DNA of 20,453 bases from Candidatus Fraserbacteria bacterium (GTDB lineage Bacteria; Bipolaricaulota; Bipolaricaulia; RBG-16-55-9), in the NCBI GenBank assembly GCA_037443265.1, contig JBBIOR010000029.1, forward strand, positions 1-20,453, written 5' to 3'. The notes beneath the pieces were generated by a model. The model had not been told where the DNA came from. It saw only the letters and a program-made list of their open reading frames with translations, and ran no database searches. Positions within the stretch are counted from its first letter, which is position 1. Every line of letters starts with the position of its first letter. The translations under genes were made by a program, and so were the position numbers. Below, piece after piece: positions 7,256-15,216 of the stretch.

Positions 7256-7971
7256 GGGTTTGCCTCCTTCCGCGCTTGAAAGTGCACGGCCAATCCCAAA
7301 AATGCGCCGAAGGGGATCTTCGCTTCTCCCAGGGGGAAGAGCTTGGGAAAGAGTGTCGAACGCCATTGGATCTTGAGCGCGTGGGTATGGGCCAAGGCCC
7401 GGACAAGCAGCGGCAGGATCTCTGGGATGGAGTAGAAGTGGGCATTCTTGTAGAAGGGGTTCTTGCCGAACAATTCCTGAATGCGTCGGCGAATGGTGGG
7501 CAGGCTCCAGCGATTCATCAGGCCCAAAATGAGTCCCTGACGGGCGACGCGGGCTGCCTCTTGCAACGCTCTTAGGGGATCGGGAATGTACTCAAACGAC
7601 GTGATGAAGGCAGCGAGATCGAAGCTCTGTTCCGCAAAGGGCAGGGCCATGGCGTCGCCGCGCACCAGCGGGCCCTGCCAGTACTTACGGGCCTCACGGA
7701 TCATCAGCGGCGAAAGATCTACGCCCGAAACGCTCAGTCCTAGCTCGCCCGCGAACCAGCGCGTAAAATGCGCCGTGCCGCAGCCGATCTCCAACAGGCT
7801 CTTCGCCTCTGAAAAATCCGCCAGAAGCCCCCGTAGCAGCTTCTTTTCGAGTTTATCCATCCGCTCGCCCTTAGGCCCTTGATACCAGCTTTCATAGCTT
7901 GAGACGATCTCTTCTTGTAGATACCAAGGGACGAACGTCTTGGGCGGCTGCGGGGGCCTCTCCACACTCAT
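7252..7971 (-). CDS. Class I SAM-dependent methyltransferase (type 11-like)
   Basis: Motif I LLEIGCGTAHF, GVDLSPLM, GDAMALPFAEQSFDL, ALQEAARV. Start reassigned to ATG 7971, 1 nt after the upstream TAA. Confidence 0.88.
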   Translation of the reverse strand: MSVERPPQPPKTFVPWYLQEEIVSSYESWYQGPKGERMDKLEKKLLRGLLADFSEAKSLLEIGCGTAHFTRWFAGELGLSVSGVDLSPLMIREARKYWQGPLVRGDAMALPFAEQSFDLAAFITSFEYIPDPLRALQEAARVARQGLILGLMNRWSLPTIRRRIQELFGKNPFYKNAHFYSIPEILPLLVRALAHTHALKIQWRSTLFPKLFPLGEAKIPFGAFLGLAVHFQARKEANP

Positions 7972-7972
7972 C

Positions 7973-8971
7973 TTAGAAGCATCCCTCGGGCAGGAAGCTT
8001 CCCGCGAAGAGTTCTTCCAACGGCAGCTTCTGGGAGATGATCTTTTGATCGAACAGGAAGTTTTGGCCAGTCTCCCAGCGCTTGGCATCGTTATGGCAAG
8101 GGGCTCCGGCGAAGATCGGGACCGTGCGATCATAGGCCCGCTGATTGAGTTCGTCTTTCAACTGGGGCAACGTCTGGAAGAAGATCTCTTTGGATTGCTC
8201 CGGGAAGGCCAGCACGAAGAGCACTCCCTTGGAGAGGGCTCTTAGGAAGCGAAAGACGCTCCCGGGCCTTTGAGCAAGAAGCTCATGGCGGGCGATGAAG
8301 ACCAGCTGATACGCCTCCGGAGCCCCATACTCTTCTTGAGCGAAGACGACAGGGGTTTTGCCCGCCAGCTCGACCCGCACGGGCTCGAAGTTGCGAAAGG
8401 CCCCGATCGCGTCGACCGTTCCGGCCAAGAGTGCCGGCAAGAGGCTCAAAAAATCCAGCTTGACGAACGTGACGTCTCTTTGAGGATCGAGGCCCGCGGC
8501 CCGCAGCATCGTGCTATAAACGGCGGGCTCCACAGGCTCCACCGAGAAGCCGATCTTCTTGCCCTTAAGATCTGTGATCTTTTCAATGCCTCGCTCTTTG
8601 ATGGCCACCAGCGCCCCCAAGGGCTTCATCAAGAGCGCTCCTATGGCGAGCGCGTTCAGATCTTGAGTTGATCTCAAGATGACGTGATTGAACATGCTGG
8701 TGAGACCCAGATCCACAGCGCCGGAGGCCACCAAAAAGGGCACCTGGCTGGGATCCCCCGGCTCGCGAATCTCGACATTGAGCCCCTCTTGGGCCAAATA
8801 GCCCTTGGCTTGCGCGATATAGAGCGGTGCGTGATCGGGGTTAGCGAAGAATTCCAGCATCACGCCCAAGCGTTCTGGGGCCTGAGCCCCGCCACCTCCA
8901 CCCACAACCCACACGCCCGCTAGAAGAGCCAGCCCGACGAACCCGAAGCGCACAAAGCGCATGCTTCTCAT
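7973..8971 (-). CDS. ABC transporter substrate-binding protein, NMT1/THI5 (ThiY-like) family
   Basis: N-terminal signal peptide; NPDHAPLYIA, DLKGKKIG, GAFRNFE; SD AAAGGAGG; member of a TPP-riboswitch operon. Confidence 0.85.
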   Translation of the reverse strand: MRSMRFVRFGFVGLALLAGVWVVGGGGGAQAPERLGVMLEFFANPDHAPLYIAQAKGYLAQEGLNVEIREPGDPSQVPFLVASGAVDLGLTSMFNHVILRSTQDLNALAIGALLMKPLGALVAIKERGIEKITDLKGKKIGFSVEPVEPAVYSTMLRAAGLDPQRDVTFVKLDFLSLLPALLAGTVDAIGAFRNFEPVRVELAGKTPVVFAQEEYGAPEAYQLVFIARHELLAQRPGSVFRFLRALSKGVLFVLAFPEQSKEIFFQTLPQLKDELNQRAYDRTVPIFAGAPCHNDAKRWETGQNFLFDQKIISQKLPLEELFAGSFLPEGCF

Positions 8972-8996
8972 CTTACGTCAACCTCCTTTTGAAGGT

Positions 8997-9785
8997 TCAT
9001 GTTCGCTCCACGCGCTGCCAACGCAGCAGATAGCGCTCCAGAGACACAACCAGTCCAAACAACGCCAAGCTCAACCCCGCGAGCCAGAAGATCAGCGCAA
9101 ACGCCAGATCGAGATGCCCGAAGTTGGTGGCATTTCGAATCCAGTAGCCCAAGCCACCTGTGGCCACTCCCGAGGCTGTCCACACCTGACCGCCGACGAC
9201 CATCTCCGCGAAGACGGCTCCCAAGACGGAATAGACCAAGCCCAGCTTCACACCGGAGAAGATGAACGGCAGCGCTGCCGGCAGGCGCAGCTTTCTCAAG
9301 ATCTGCCAGCGGCTGGCCAGAAGTGTGCGCAGGAGATTCACCAGATCGGCATCGACGGAACGCAGGCCATCGTAGGTGTTGACCACGATGGGGAAGAAGG
9401 CGATGATCACAGCCACCGCCACTTTGGGCAGCAGCCCAAACCCCAGCCACACTACCAGAAGCGGCGCAATGGTAAAGAGCGGCACGTTGCGCGAGGCAAT
9501 CAATAGCGGGTAGAGCGCCCGCTCCAGCGTGGGCGAGTAGAAGATGACGATCCCCAGCGCCAAGCCGCTTACGAGCGAGATCAAAAAGCCCAAAGCGATC
9601 GCAGTGAAGGTGATCCCCGTGTTGAGCCAGAGCAACTCCAGATGGTCCGGGATCGCCCGAAAGATTGCTGTGGGAGCGGGCAGAAGATAATCTGGAATCG
9701 ACCAGAGGCGCACGATCGCTTCCCAGCCAGCAAAGAGGGCTAGGAGCAACGAGAGCGGCGGTCCCAGCTGTTTAAGTCGCTTCAT
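8997..9785 (-). CDS. ABC transporter permease (ThiX/SsuC-like)
   Basis: YLLPAP, PLLVVWLGFG, FFPIVVNTYDGL, LPAALPFIFSG, several hydrophobic segments. Start taken as ATG 9785, overlapping the ATPase stop. Confidence 0.88.
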   Translation of the reverse strand: MKRLKQLGPPLSLLLALFAGWEAIVRLWSIPDYLLPAPTAIFRAIPDHLELLWLNTGITFTAIALGFLISLVSGLALGIVIFYSPTLERALYPLLIASRNVPLFTIAPLLVVWLGFGLLPKVAVAVIIAFFPIVVNTYDGLRSVDADLVNLLRTLLASRWQILRKLRLPAALPFIFSGVKLGLVYSVLGAVFAEMVVGGQVWTASGVATGGLGYWIRNATNFGHLDLAFALIFWLAGLSLALFGLVVSLERYLLRWQRVERT

Positions 9786-10545
9786 AGATCTTCTTCTCCA
9801 GTCGTTCCTCTTGGAGTAGCTCCAAGAGCTCTTCTTTGAGCGCCACAAACTGGGGGTCTGTGACGCGTCTGGGGCGCGGAAGCTTTATGTCAAAAAGAGC
9901 TTTGATTCGACCGGGACGGGCTGTCATTACGGCCACCCGATCGGCCAAAACGAGCGCTTCCTCGATGTCATGGGTGACAAACAGAATCGTCGTCTCTTGC
10001 TCCTGCCAAGCTTGCAGCAGATAGCGATGGAGATGCGAGCGCGTCATGGCATCTATGGCGCCGAAGGGCTCATCGAGCAGCCAGATGGGCTTCTCCAGCA
10101 AGAGGGTGCGTACCAGGGCCACGCGCTGGCGCATCCCCCCGGAGAGCTGATTGGGATAGGCCCTCTCAAAGCCAGCTAGGCCAAAACGTCCCAGCAGCGC
10201 ACGGGCCTGTGTGCGGGCTTGCCTTTTGGGAATGCCCTGTATTTCGAGGCCCAAAATGGCGTTGTCGAGCACCATGCGCCAGGGCAGAAGCAGATCCTTC
10301 TGCTGCATGTAAGCCATATGACCCTGATAGCTTGGCACGCGCTGGCCATCGAGCCAGAGGGTGCCGGCGTCCGGCGGAACCAGTCCCGCCAAGATATTGA
10401 GAAGAGTGGTCTTACCGCAGCCCGAAGGCCCGATGAGCGCCACAAACTCACCGTAAGCCAATTCCAGGTAGAGGCCTTCTAGCACTTTGAGGCGAGTGGC
10501 CCCTTGGGGGAAGCTTTTGTGCAGGTCTTCGATCTGAAATCTCAT
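9772..10545 (-). CDS. ABC transporter ATP-binding protein (ThiZ/SsuB-like)
   Basis: Walker A GPSGCGKT, signature LSGGMRQR, Walker B LLDEPF, H-loop VTHD. Confidence 0.93.
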   Translation of the reverse strand: MRFQIEDLHKSFPQGATRLKVLEGLYLELAYGEFVALIGPSGCGKTTLLNILAGLVPPDAGTLWLDGQRVPSYQGHMAYMQQKDLLLPWRMVLDNAILGLEIQGIPKRQARTQARALLGRFGLAGFERAYPNQLSGGMRQRVALVRTLLLEKPIWLLDEPFGAIDAMTRSHLHRYLLQAWQEQETTILFVTHDIEEALVLADRVAVMTARPGRIKALFDIKLPRPRRVTDPQFVALKEELLELLQEERLEKKIYEAT

Positions 10546-10640
10546 GCGATCCCTCCGCCGGTATTACCCGGATCAGGTTCTATGGGTCGACCCCGGGCTA
10601 GGGGTCCTCTCAGCCTGGTTCTCCCAAGCTCCCCTTGTGT
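10546..10640 (-). promoter_or_regulatory. TPP riboswitch (THI element)
   Basis: Minus strand reads GGGGAGC...GGCTGAGAGG...GACCCATAGAACCTGATCCGGGTAATACCGGCGGAGGGA, matching the TPP aptamer consensus; directly upstream of thiamine-related genes. Confidence 0.93.
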
Positions 10641-10650
10641 GGCAAGAACG

Positions 10651-10680
10651 ATTTTACTGTGCCGCGGGTCTGTCTGTCAA
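10651..10680 (-). promoter_or_regulatory. sigma70-type promoter of the TPP-riboswitch operon
   Basis: Minus strand: TTGACA (10680-10675), 18-nt spacer, TAAAAT (10656-10651); predicted start site just 5' of the aptamer. Confidence 0.75.
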
Positions 10681-10901
10681 GCGGCCGTTAATTTTTAGCC
10701 AGCCAGTCACGGTTGATTATATCTATGAGAAAGAGCCCACGGGTGAGCTTCCGACACTGCCTGAGGACGCGAAGATCCGTCTTCTCGTCATAGAAGCCGA
10801 ACGATGTGAGAGTTTGAGCGATCCATTCTGCCTCTCCCACAGCTTAGGGGAGTTGGCAACAGCCAGATTCTTTAGTAAAAGTAGTGCGGAGGTGAGACGT
10901 C

Positions 10902-11309
10902 ATGAACGGCAAAGGGTGGCTGATCGTGGCTGGAGTGCTTATGGTTGCAGCGTTGGTCGTGGTGCTATGGCCCAGTGATCCACTGGCAGGTGTGGAGACC
11001 GTGGCCATTGCTGGCCCGGATGCTATGGCTCCCGCCTTGACTTCAAAGGTCTTCGATGGCCTGGAGATCGCCTTGGGCGAGCGTCGCATAAGAATCGTTG
11101 CTAATGCCTCGGAAGCGGATGCCGTCATCACCCTTGAGCCCCAGGAGGCAGACATTCGCATCAACGAGCAGGGCTTCTTTGCGCGGGTGCGTTGCTTGGT
11201 CACGCGGGACGACGGCCGCCAGCAGGTGATGTATCTGTACGTCACACTGGATGATCAGGGCCTGAAAGCCAGGCTGGAGAGCCGGAAATTTTTTGAATTC
11301 TGGAAGTGA
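10902..11309 (+). CDS. Hypothetical protein with N-terminal membrane anchor or signal peptide
   Basis: SD GGAGGTGA; hydrophobic N-terminus WLIVAGVLMVAALVVVLW; fills the gap up to the glmS stop. Confidence 0.75.
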   Translation: MNGKGWLIVAGVLMVAALVVVLWPSDPLAGVETVAIAGPDAMAPALTSKVFDGLEIALGERRIRIVANASEADAVITLEPQEADIRINEQGFFARVRCLVTRDDGRQQVMYLYVTLDDQGLKARLESRKFFEFWK

Positions 11310-13145
11310 TTACTCCACGGTGACGCTCTTGGCCAGATTTCGCGGCTGATCGACATCCGTGCCTCTAAGCACGGCCACATGATACGCAAACAGCTGAAGC
11401 GGTACCGTAAAGAGCATGGGAGTTACGATGGGATCTGTCAGAGGGATCTCCAACATAAAATTGGCAATCCGCGCCAGATCCCTACTGCGCTCGTCTATGA
11501 GGGCAATTAGAATCCCCTTGCGCGCCTTCACCTCTTCAATGTTTGAAAATACTTTTTCATAGACGCTATTCTTTGTCACAAGGACCACGACAGGCATGTT
11601 CTCGTCGATGAGCGCGATCGGGCCGTGCTTCATCTCACCGGCGGCGTAGCCTTCCGCGTGGATATAGCTGATCTCTTTCAGCTTCAAGGCCCCTTCGTAG
11701 GCAATGGGACATAAAATATCCCTGCCCAGATACAGAAAATTGGGCTTGTCGTAGAAGCGCTGGGCGAGTTCTTCGATGGGGCGGCTCTCTTTAAGCACGC
11801 GCTCCAGAAGGCCCGGAGCAGTCACAAGTTGCTCCAGCCCTCGGCGAACGTCGTCTTGGGAGAGCCTCCCCCGCTTCTGCCCCAAATACAGTCCCAGAAG
11901 GGCCAACGCAGCCAGCTGCACCAGGAAGCACTTCGTGGAAGCGACTCCAATCTCCGGGCCGGCTTGAGTGTAAAGAGTAAAGTTGGCCTCTCGGCTGATG
12001 GCCGAGCCCACGCTGTTGGTGATCGCCAGCACCGGTGCACCTTTCTCTTTGGCCAGTCTTACGCCGGCCAGCGTATCGGCCGTCTCGCCCGACTGCGAGA
12101 CGGCAATTACAAGAGTGTCTTTGCTCAGATACGGGTTGCTGTAGCGGAACTCCGAAGACAGCTCCACCCCGATGGGCAGGTTGAGAAAACGCTGCCAGAG
12201 GTATTTGGCCGTCCAGGCGGCGTGATAGGCTGTGCCACAGGCAATGAGCGTGATGTTTTTTAGACTGCGAATCCGGTCCTCGGCAAGCCCCAGCTCCTCC
12301 TCCAGATGGATCTCCCCTGCTTCGAGGTCCACGCGACCGCGGAGCGTATTGGCCACGGCCTGCGGCTGCTCGTAGATCTCTTTGAGCATGAAGTGTTTGT
12401 AGCCCTGCTTTTGAGCCGTGATCGGGTCCCAGTGGATCTCGACCGGCTCGCGCTGGATCCTGTGGCCCTCGAAGTCCGTTATTTTTATAGAGTCTTTGCG
12501 GATGACGGCCAGCTCCCTATCGTTGAGAAAGATCATGCGTTTGGTGTAGGGCAAGAGGGCCGGCACGCCCGAGGCGAGAAAATTTTCGTCCTCACCCAGG
12601 CCAACTACTAAAGGGCTGGCCGTCTTGGCCACGACGATCTCAGCCGGGGCATGCTGGCAGATGACGGCAATCGCAAAAGCCCCCTTCACGCCGCGCAGGC
12701 CCGCGCGCACGGCCTCTTCCAAATCGCCCTGGAAGTGCTTCTCGAAGAGATGCGCCAGGACCTCCGTGTCCGTTTGGGATGTGAATTCATGACCCTCGGC
12801 CATGAGGGCCTCTTTAAATTGTAGATAGTTCTCGATGATGCCGTTGTGGATGACGGCGATTGTGCTTTTACAGTCGCAGTGGGGGTGGGCATTCTCGTCG
12901 GTGGGGCGGCCGTGGGTGGCCCATCGGGTGTGGCCCAAGGCGACGGTGGCCGATGAAGCCTGAGGGCCGATCTCGCGGATGAGCTCTTCGATCTTGCCCG
13001 CGCGCTTGGCGATCCAGAGCCGACCCTGCTCGAGCGTGGCAATCCCCGCAGAGTCATATCCGCGATACTCCAAAGCTTTGAGGCCCTCGAGCACGACTTG
13101 CTGGGCTATGGGCCGGCCGCCGACATAGCCCATAATCCCGCACAT
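11310..13145 (-). CDS. glmS: Glutamine--fructose-6-phosphate aminotransferase (isomerizing)
   Basis: MCGI N-terminal Cys, LEYRGYDSAG, GHTRWATHG, SQSGETADT, C-terminal PRNLAKSVTVE. Confidence 0.98.
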   Translation of the reverse strand: MCGIMGYVGGRPIAQQVVLEGLKALEYRGYDSAGIATLEQGRLWIAKRAGKIEELIREIGPQASSATVALGHTRWATHGRPTDENAHPHCDCKSTIAVIHNGIIENYLQFKEALMAEGHEFTSQTDTEVLAHLFEKHFQGDLEEAVRAGLRGVKGAFAIAVICQHAPAEIVVAKTASPLVVGLGEDENFLASGVPALLPYTKRMIFLNDRELAVIRKDSIKITDFEGHRIQREPVEIHWDPITAQKQGYKHFMLKEIYEQPQAVANTLRGRVDLEAGEIHLEEELGLAEDRIRSLKNITLIACGTAYHAAWTAKYLWQRFLNLPIGVELSSEFRYSNPYLSKDTLVIAVSQSGETADTLAGVRLAKEKGAPVLAITNSVGSAISREANFTLYTQAGPEIGVASTKCFLVQLAALALLGLYLGQKRGRLSQDDVRRGLEQLVTAPGLLERVLKESRPIEELAQRFYDKPNFLYLGRDILCPIAYEGALKLKEISYIHAEGYAAGEMKHGPIALIDENMPVVVLVTKNSVYEKVFSNIEEVKARKGILIALIDERSRDLARIANFMLEIPLTDPIVTPMLFTVPLQLFAYHVAVLRGTDVDQPRNLAKSVTVE

Positions 13146-13178
13146 GCGCTACTCACCTCTGGGCTCTTGTATTTTAGT

Positions 13179-13207
13179 AGTATACTCCAGCCGGCCATCT
13201 GACTCAA
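13179..13207 (-). promoter_or_regulatory. sigma70-type promoter for glmS
   Basis: Minus strand: TTGAGT (13207-13202), 17-nt spacer, TATACT (13184-13179); SD GAGGTGA before the ATG. Confidence 0.6.
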
Positions 13208-13239
13208 CGATGTCTTAAGCCAATGTGACTTGGATCGCT

Positions 13240-13268
13240 TTGTCAAGGCGCGAGTCGTCTGTTATAAT
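13240..13268 (+). promoter_or_regulatory. sigma70-type promoter (extended -10) for the DUF151-pgk genes
   Basis: TTGTCA (13240-13245), 17-nt spacer ending TGT, TATAAT (13263-13268). Confidence 0.7.
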
Positions 13269-13320
13269 CACGGCGACTTGGCAATGCAGGGGACCCTGCA
13301 GCCGAGAGGAGGTCATGCCG

Positions 13321-13812
13321 ATGCGGGAAGTCGAGATCAAGGCCCTGCTCGTCGATCCCTACCAAAACACGCCGGTGATCCTCTTGAAGGATCAGAACTC
13401 AGAGAAGGTGGTGCCCGTCTGGATTGGAAATCCTGAGGCGACAGCGATTGCATTGGCGCTCCAGCAGCGGGAGTTCCCGCGGCCGCTCACCCACGACCTC
13501 CTCCAGGCAGTGATCGAAGCCCTAGGCGGCGAGCTCGACATGGTCGTCATCGACAACATCCAGGATGCCACCTACTATGCTACCCTCTACGTACGGGATC
13601 GCAATGGCGAGGTCCACGAGATCGACGCTCGTCCGTCGGACTCGATTGCGCTGGCACTGCGCGCTGATAGCCCCATCTACATCTCTGAGGAAGTCTTCGC
13701 CGCCTCCGCCATCGAGATCCCCTTCACCGACGACGATCAAGAGCGGGAGGCGTTCCGGGCCTTCGTCGAAAAAGAGATGAACTTGACGGACTTCAAGAAG
13801 TTCATCCAGTAG
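13321..13812 (+). CDS. Bifunctional nuclease family protein (DUF151/BFN)
   Basis: PVWIG..EA.AI, RPLTHDLL, IDARPSDSIALALR motifs. Start reassigned to ATG 13321 (SD GGAGGT 7 nt upstream); ATG 13315 is the alternative. Confidence 0.9.
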   Translation: MREVEIKALLVDPYQNTPVILLKDQNSEKVVPVWIGNPEATAIALALQQREFPRPLTHDLLQAVIEALGGELDMVVIDNIQDATYYATLYVRDRNGEVHEIDARPSDSIALALRADSPIYISEEVFAASAIEIPFTDDDQEREAFRAFVEKEMNLTDFKKFIQ

Positions 13813-13841
13813 CGCCCTAGCCAAAAGGCGAGCCTCCGGCG

Positions 13842-15029
13842 TTGAAACTTCGAACTCTCAAAGATCTACAAGTCCAGGGAAAGCGCGCTCTCGTGCGGGT
13901 GGACTTCAATGTCCCCCTGCAGGATGGCCAAGTGGCCGATGACACGCGCATCCGCGAAGCTCTCCCGACGCTTCAGCACCTCCTCAAGCAACAAGCGAAG
14001 CTTATTTTGATGTCCCACTTGGGGCGTCCGAAGGGCCGTCCGGTCGAGGGACTCCGGCTGGACCCTGTAGCCCGGCACCTATCTCAGCTACTGGGGCGCC
14101 CGGTCAAAAAACTCGGCGACTGCATAGGAGGGGACGTCGAGGTAGAAATCCAAAAGATGCGGCCGGGGGAGATCGTGCTCTTAGAGAATGTGCGCTTCCA
14201 TCCCGAAGAGGAGGCCAACGACCCTGAGTTTGCCGCTTCTCTGGCAAAGCTGGGCGATGTCTTCATCAACGACGCCTTCGGGACGGTCCATCGGGCTCAT
14301 GCCTCAACGCATGGAGTGGCTCAGCATCTGCCCTCCGCAGCCGGCCTGCTTTTGGAGAGAGAGGTCCAATCGCTCAGCAAAGTGCGGGAATCACCCGAGC
14401 ACCCTTACTGGGCCATGATCGGGGGAGCCAAGCTCTCCGACAAGATCGACGTATTGCAAGATCTCCTCCCTCGGGTGGACGGCTTTTTGATCGGGGGCGG
14501 GATCGCCTTCACCTTCTTCAAAGCCCAAGGGCTTTCGATTGGGAGATCCATCGTCGCTGAGAAGATGATCCCAGAAGTTCGGCGCTTCTTGCAAGAGGCG
14601 AAAGAGAGGGGCATCGAAGTCGCTCTCCCGCAGGACGTCGTGGTGGCTTCTGAGCTCAGAGCCCAGGTGCCGACTCAAGTGGTGATGATCGATCGGATTC
14701 CCGCGGGCCAGATGGGCCTGGACATCGGGCCGAAGACGATTGAAGATTTCAAGCAGCGCTTGGCAGAAGCGCGCACGCTGGTGTGGGCCGGGCCGTTGGG
14801 AGCATTTGAGACGCCGCCCTTTGAGCAGGGCACCTTCCAGATGGCCCGAGCGATTGAAAAGCGGCCTGAGCTCTACGCTGTGATCGGAGGAGGGGACACG
14901 GCGGCAGCCCTCAAGGCCGCTGGCATCACGGCCGAAAATATTTATTGTTCGACGGGCGGCGGGGCCGCTCTAGAATTTTTAGGAGGGCGTAAGCTGCCTG
15001 CCCTCGAGATTCTGAAAGTTGAGAGCTGA
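13842..15029 (+). CDS. pgk: Phosphoglycerate kinase
   Basis: VRVDFNVP, SHLGRPKG, LLENVRF, NDAFGTVHRAHAS, GLDIGP, GGGDT, STGGGA; TTG start. Confidence 0.97.
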   Translation: MKLRTLKDLQVQGKRALVRVDFNVPLQDGQVADDTRIREALPTLQHLLKQQAKLILMSHLGRPKGRPVEGLRLDPVARHLSQLLGRPVKKLGDCIGGDVEVEIQKMRPGEIVLLENVRFHPEEEANDPEFAASLAKLGDVFINDAFGTVHRAHASTHGVAQHLPSAAGLLLEREVQSLSKVRESPEHPYWAMIGGAKLSDKIDVLQDLLPRVDGFLIGGGIAFTFFKAQGLSIGRSIVAEKMIPEVRRFLQEAKERGIEVALPQDVVVASELRAQVPTQVVMIDRIPAGQMGLDIGPKTIEDFKQRLAEARTLVWAGPLGAFETPPFEQGTFQMARAIEKRPELYAVIGGGDTAAALKAAGITAENIYCSTGGGAALEFLGGRKLPALEILKVES

Positions 15030-15031
15030 GC

Positions 15032-15060
15032 TTGTCTCCCTTCCCAAGCACTGCTATAAT
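15032..15060 (+). promoter_or_regulatory. sigma70-type promoter (extended -10) for tRNA-Gly
   Basis: TTGTCT (15032-15037), 17-nt spacer ending TGC, TATAAT (15055-15060). Confidence 0.7.
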
Positions 15061-15072
15061 GCACTGGACCAA

Positions 15073-15147
15073 GCGGGCGTAGCTCAGGGGTAGAGTACCA
15101 GCTTCCCAAGCTGGGAGTCGCGGGTTCGAATCCCGTCGCCCGCTCCA
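15073..15147 (+). tRNA. tRNA-Gly(CCC)
   Basis: Acceptor GCGGGCG/CGCCCGC, D arm GCTC/GAGT, anticodon arm CCAGC-TTCCCAA-GCTGG, T loop TTCGAAT, discriminator T, encoded CCA. Confidence 0.97.
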
Positions 15148-15158
15148 AAATTTTCCCG

Positions 15159-15183
15159 CTTGTCTTGTCTTGTCTTGTCTTGC
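15159..15183 (+). repeat. Pentanucleotide tandem repeat (CTTGT)4 CTTGC overlapping a putative udg promoter
   Basis: Read directly; TTGTCT (15170-15175) lies 18 nt before TACAAT (15194-15199). Confidence 0.8.
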
Positions 15184-15216
15184 CCTGACGCTCTACAATG
15201 AGAGAGAGATCCGACG

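Noticed and set aside
7973..8971. THI5-type HMP-P synthase enzyme
   Set aside because: It has a signal peptide, lacks the CCCXC motif and lies beside a permease and ATPase, so it is a transport binding protein.
10544..10978. 144-aa plus-strand ORF and a weak TCTATGA/TCATAGA inverted repeat in the 10700-10900 gap
   Set aside because: The ORF runs antisense through the riboswitch and promoter and has no SD or recognisable motif; the repeat is too short to support a call.
13146..13240. glmS ribozyme upstream of glmS
   Set aside because: The predicted promoter leaves a leader of only about 27 nt, and no ribozyme core motif is visible.
15040..15049. CTTCCCAAGC in the tRNA promoter spacer repeats the anticodon-loop sequence (15102-15111)
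   Set aside because: Only a 10-nt match, lying upstream of the predicted transcription start; probably chance.
15073..15216. tRNA-Gly as an integration site for an island or prophage
   Set aside because: No integrase, no duplicated tRNA 3' end seen in the window, and the flanks are housekeeping genes.
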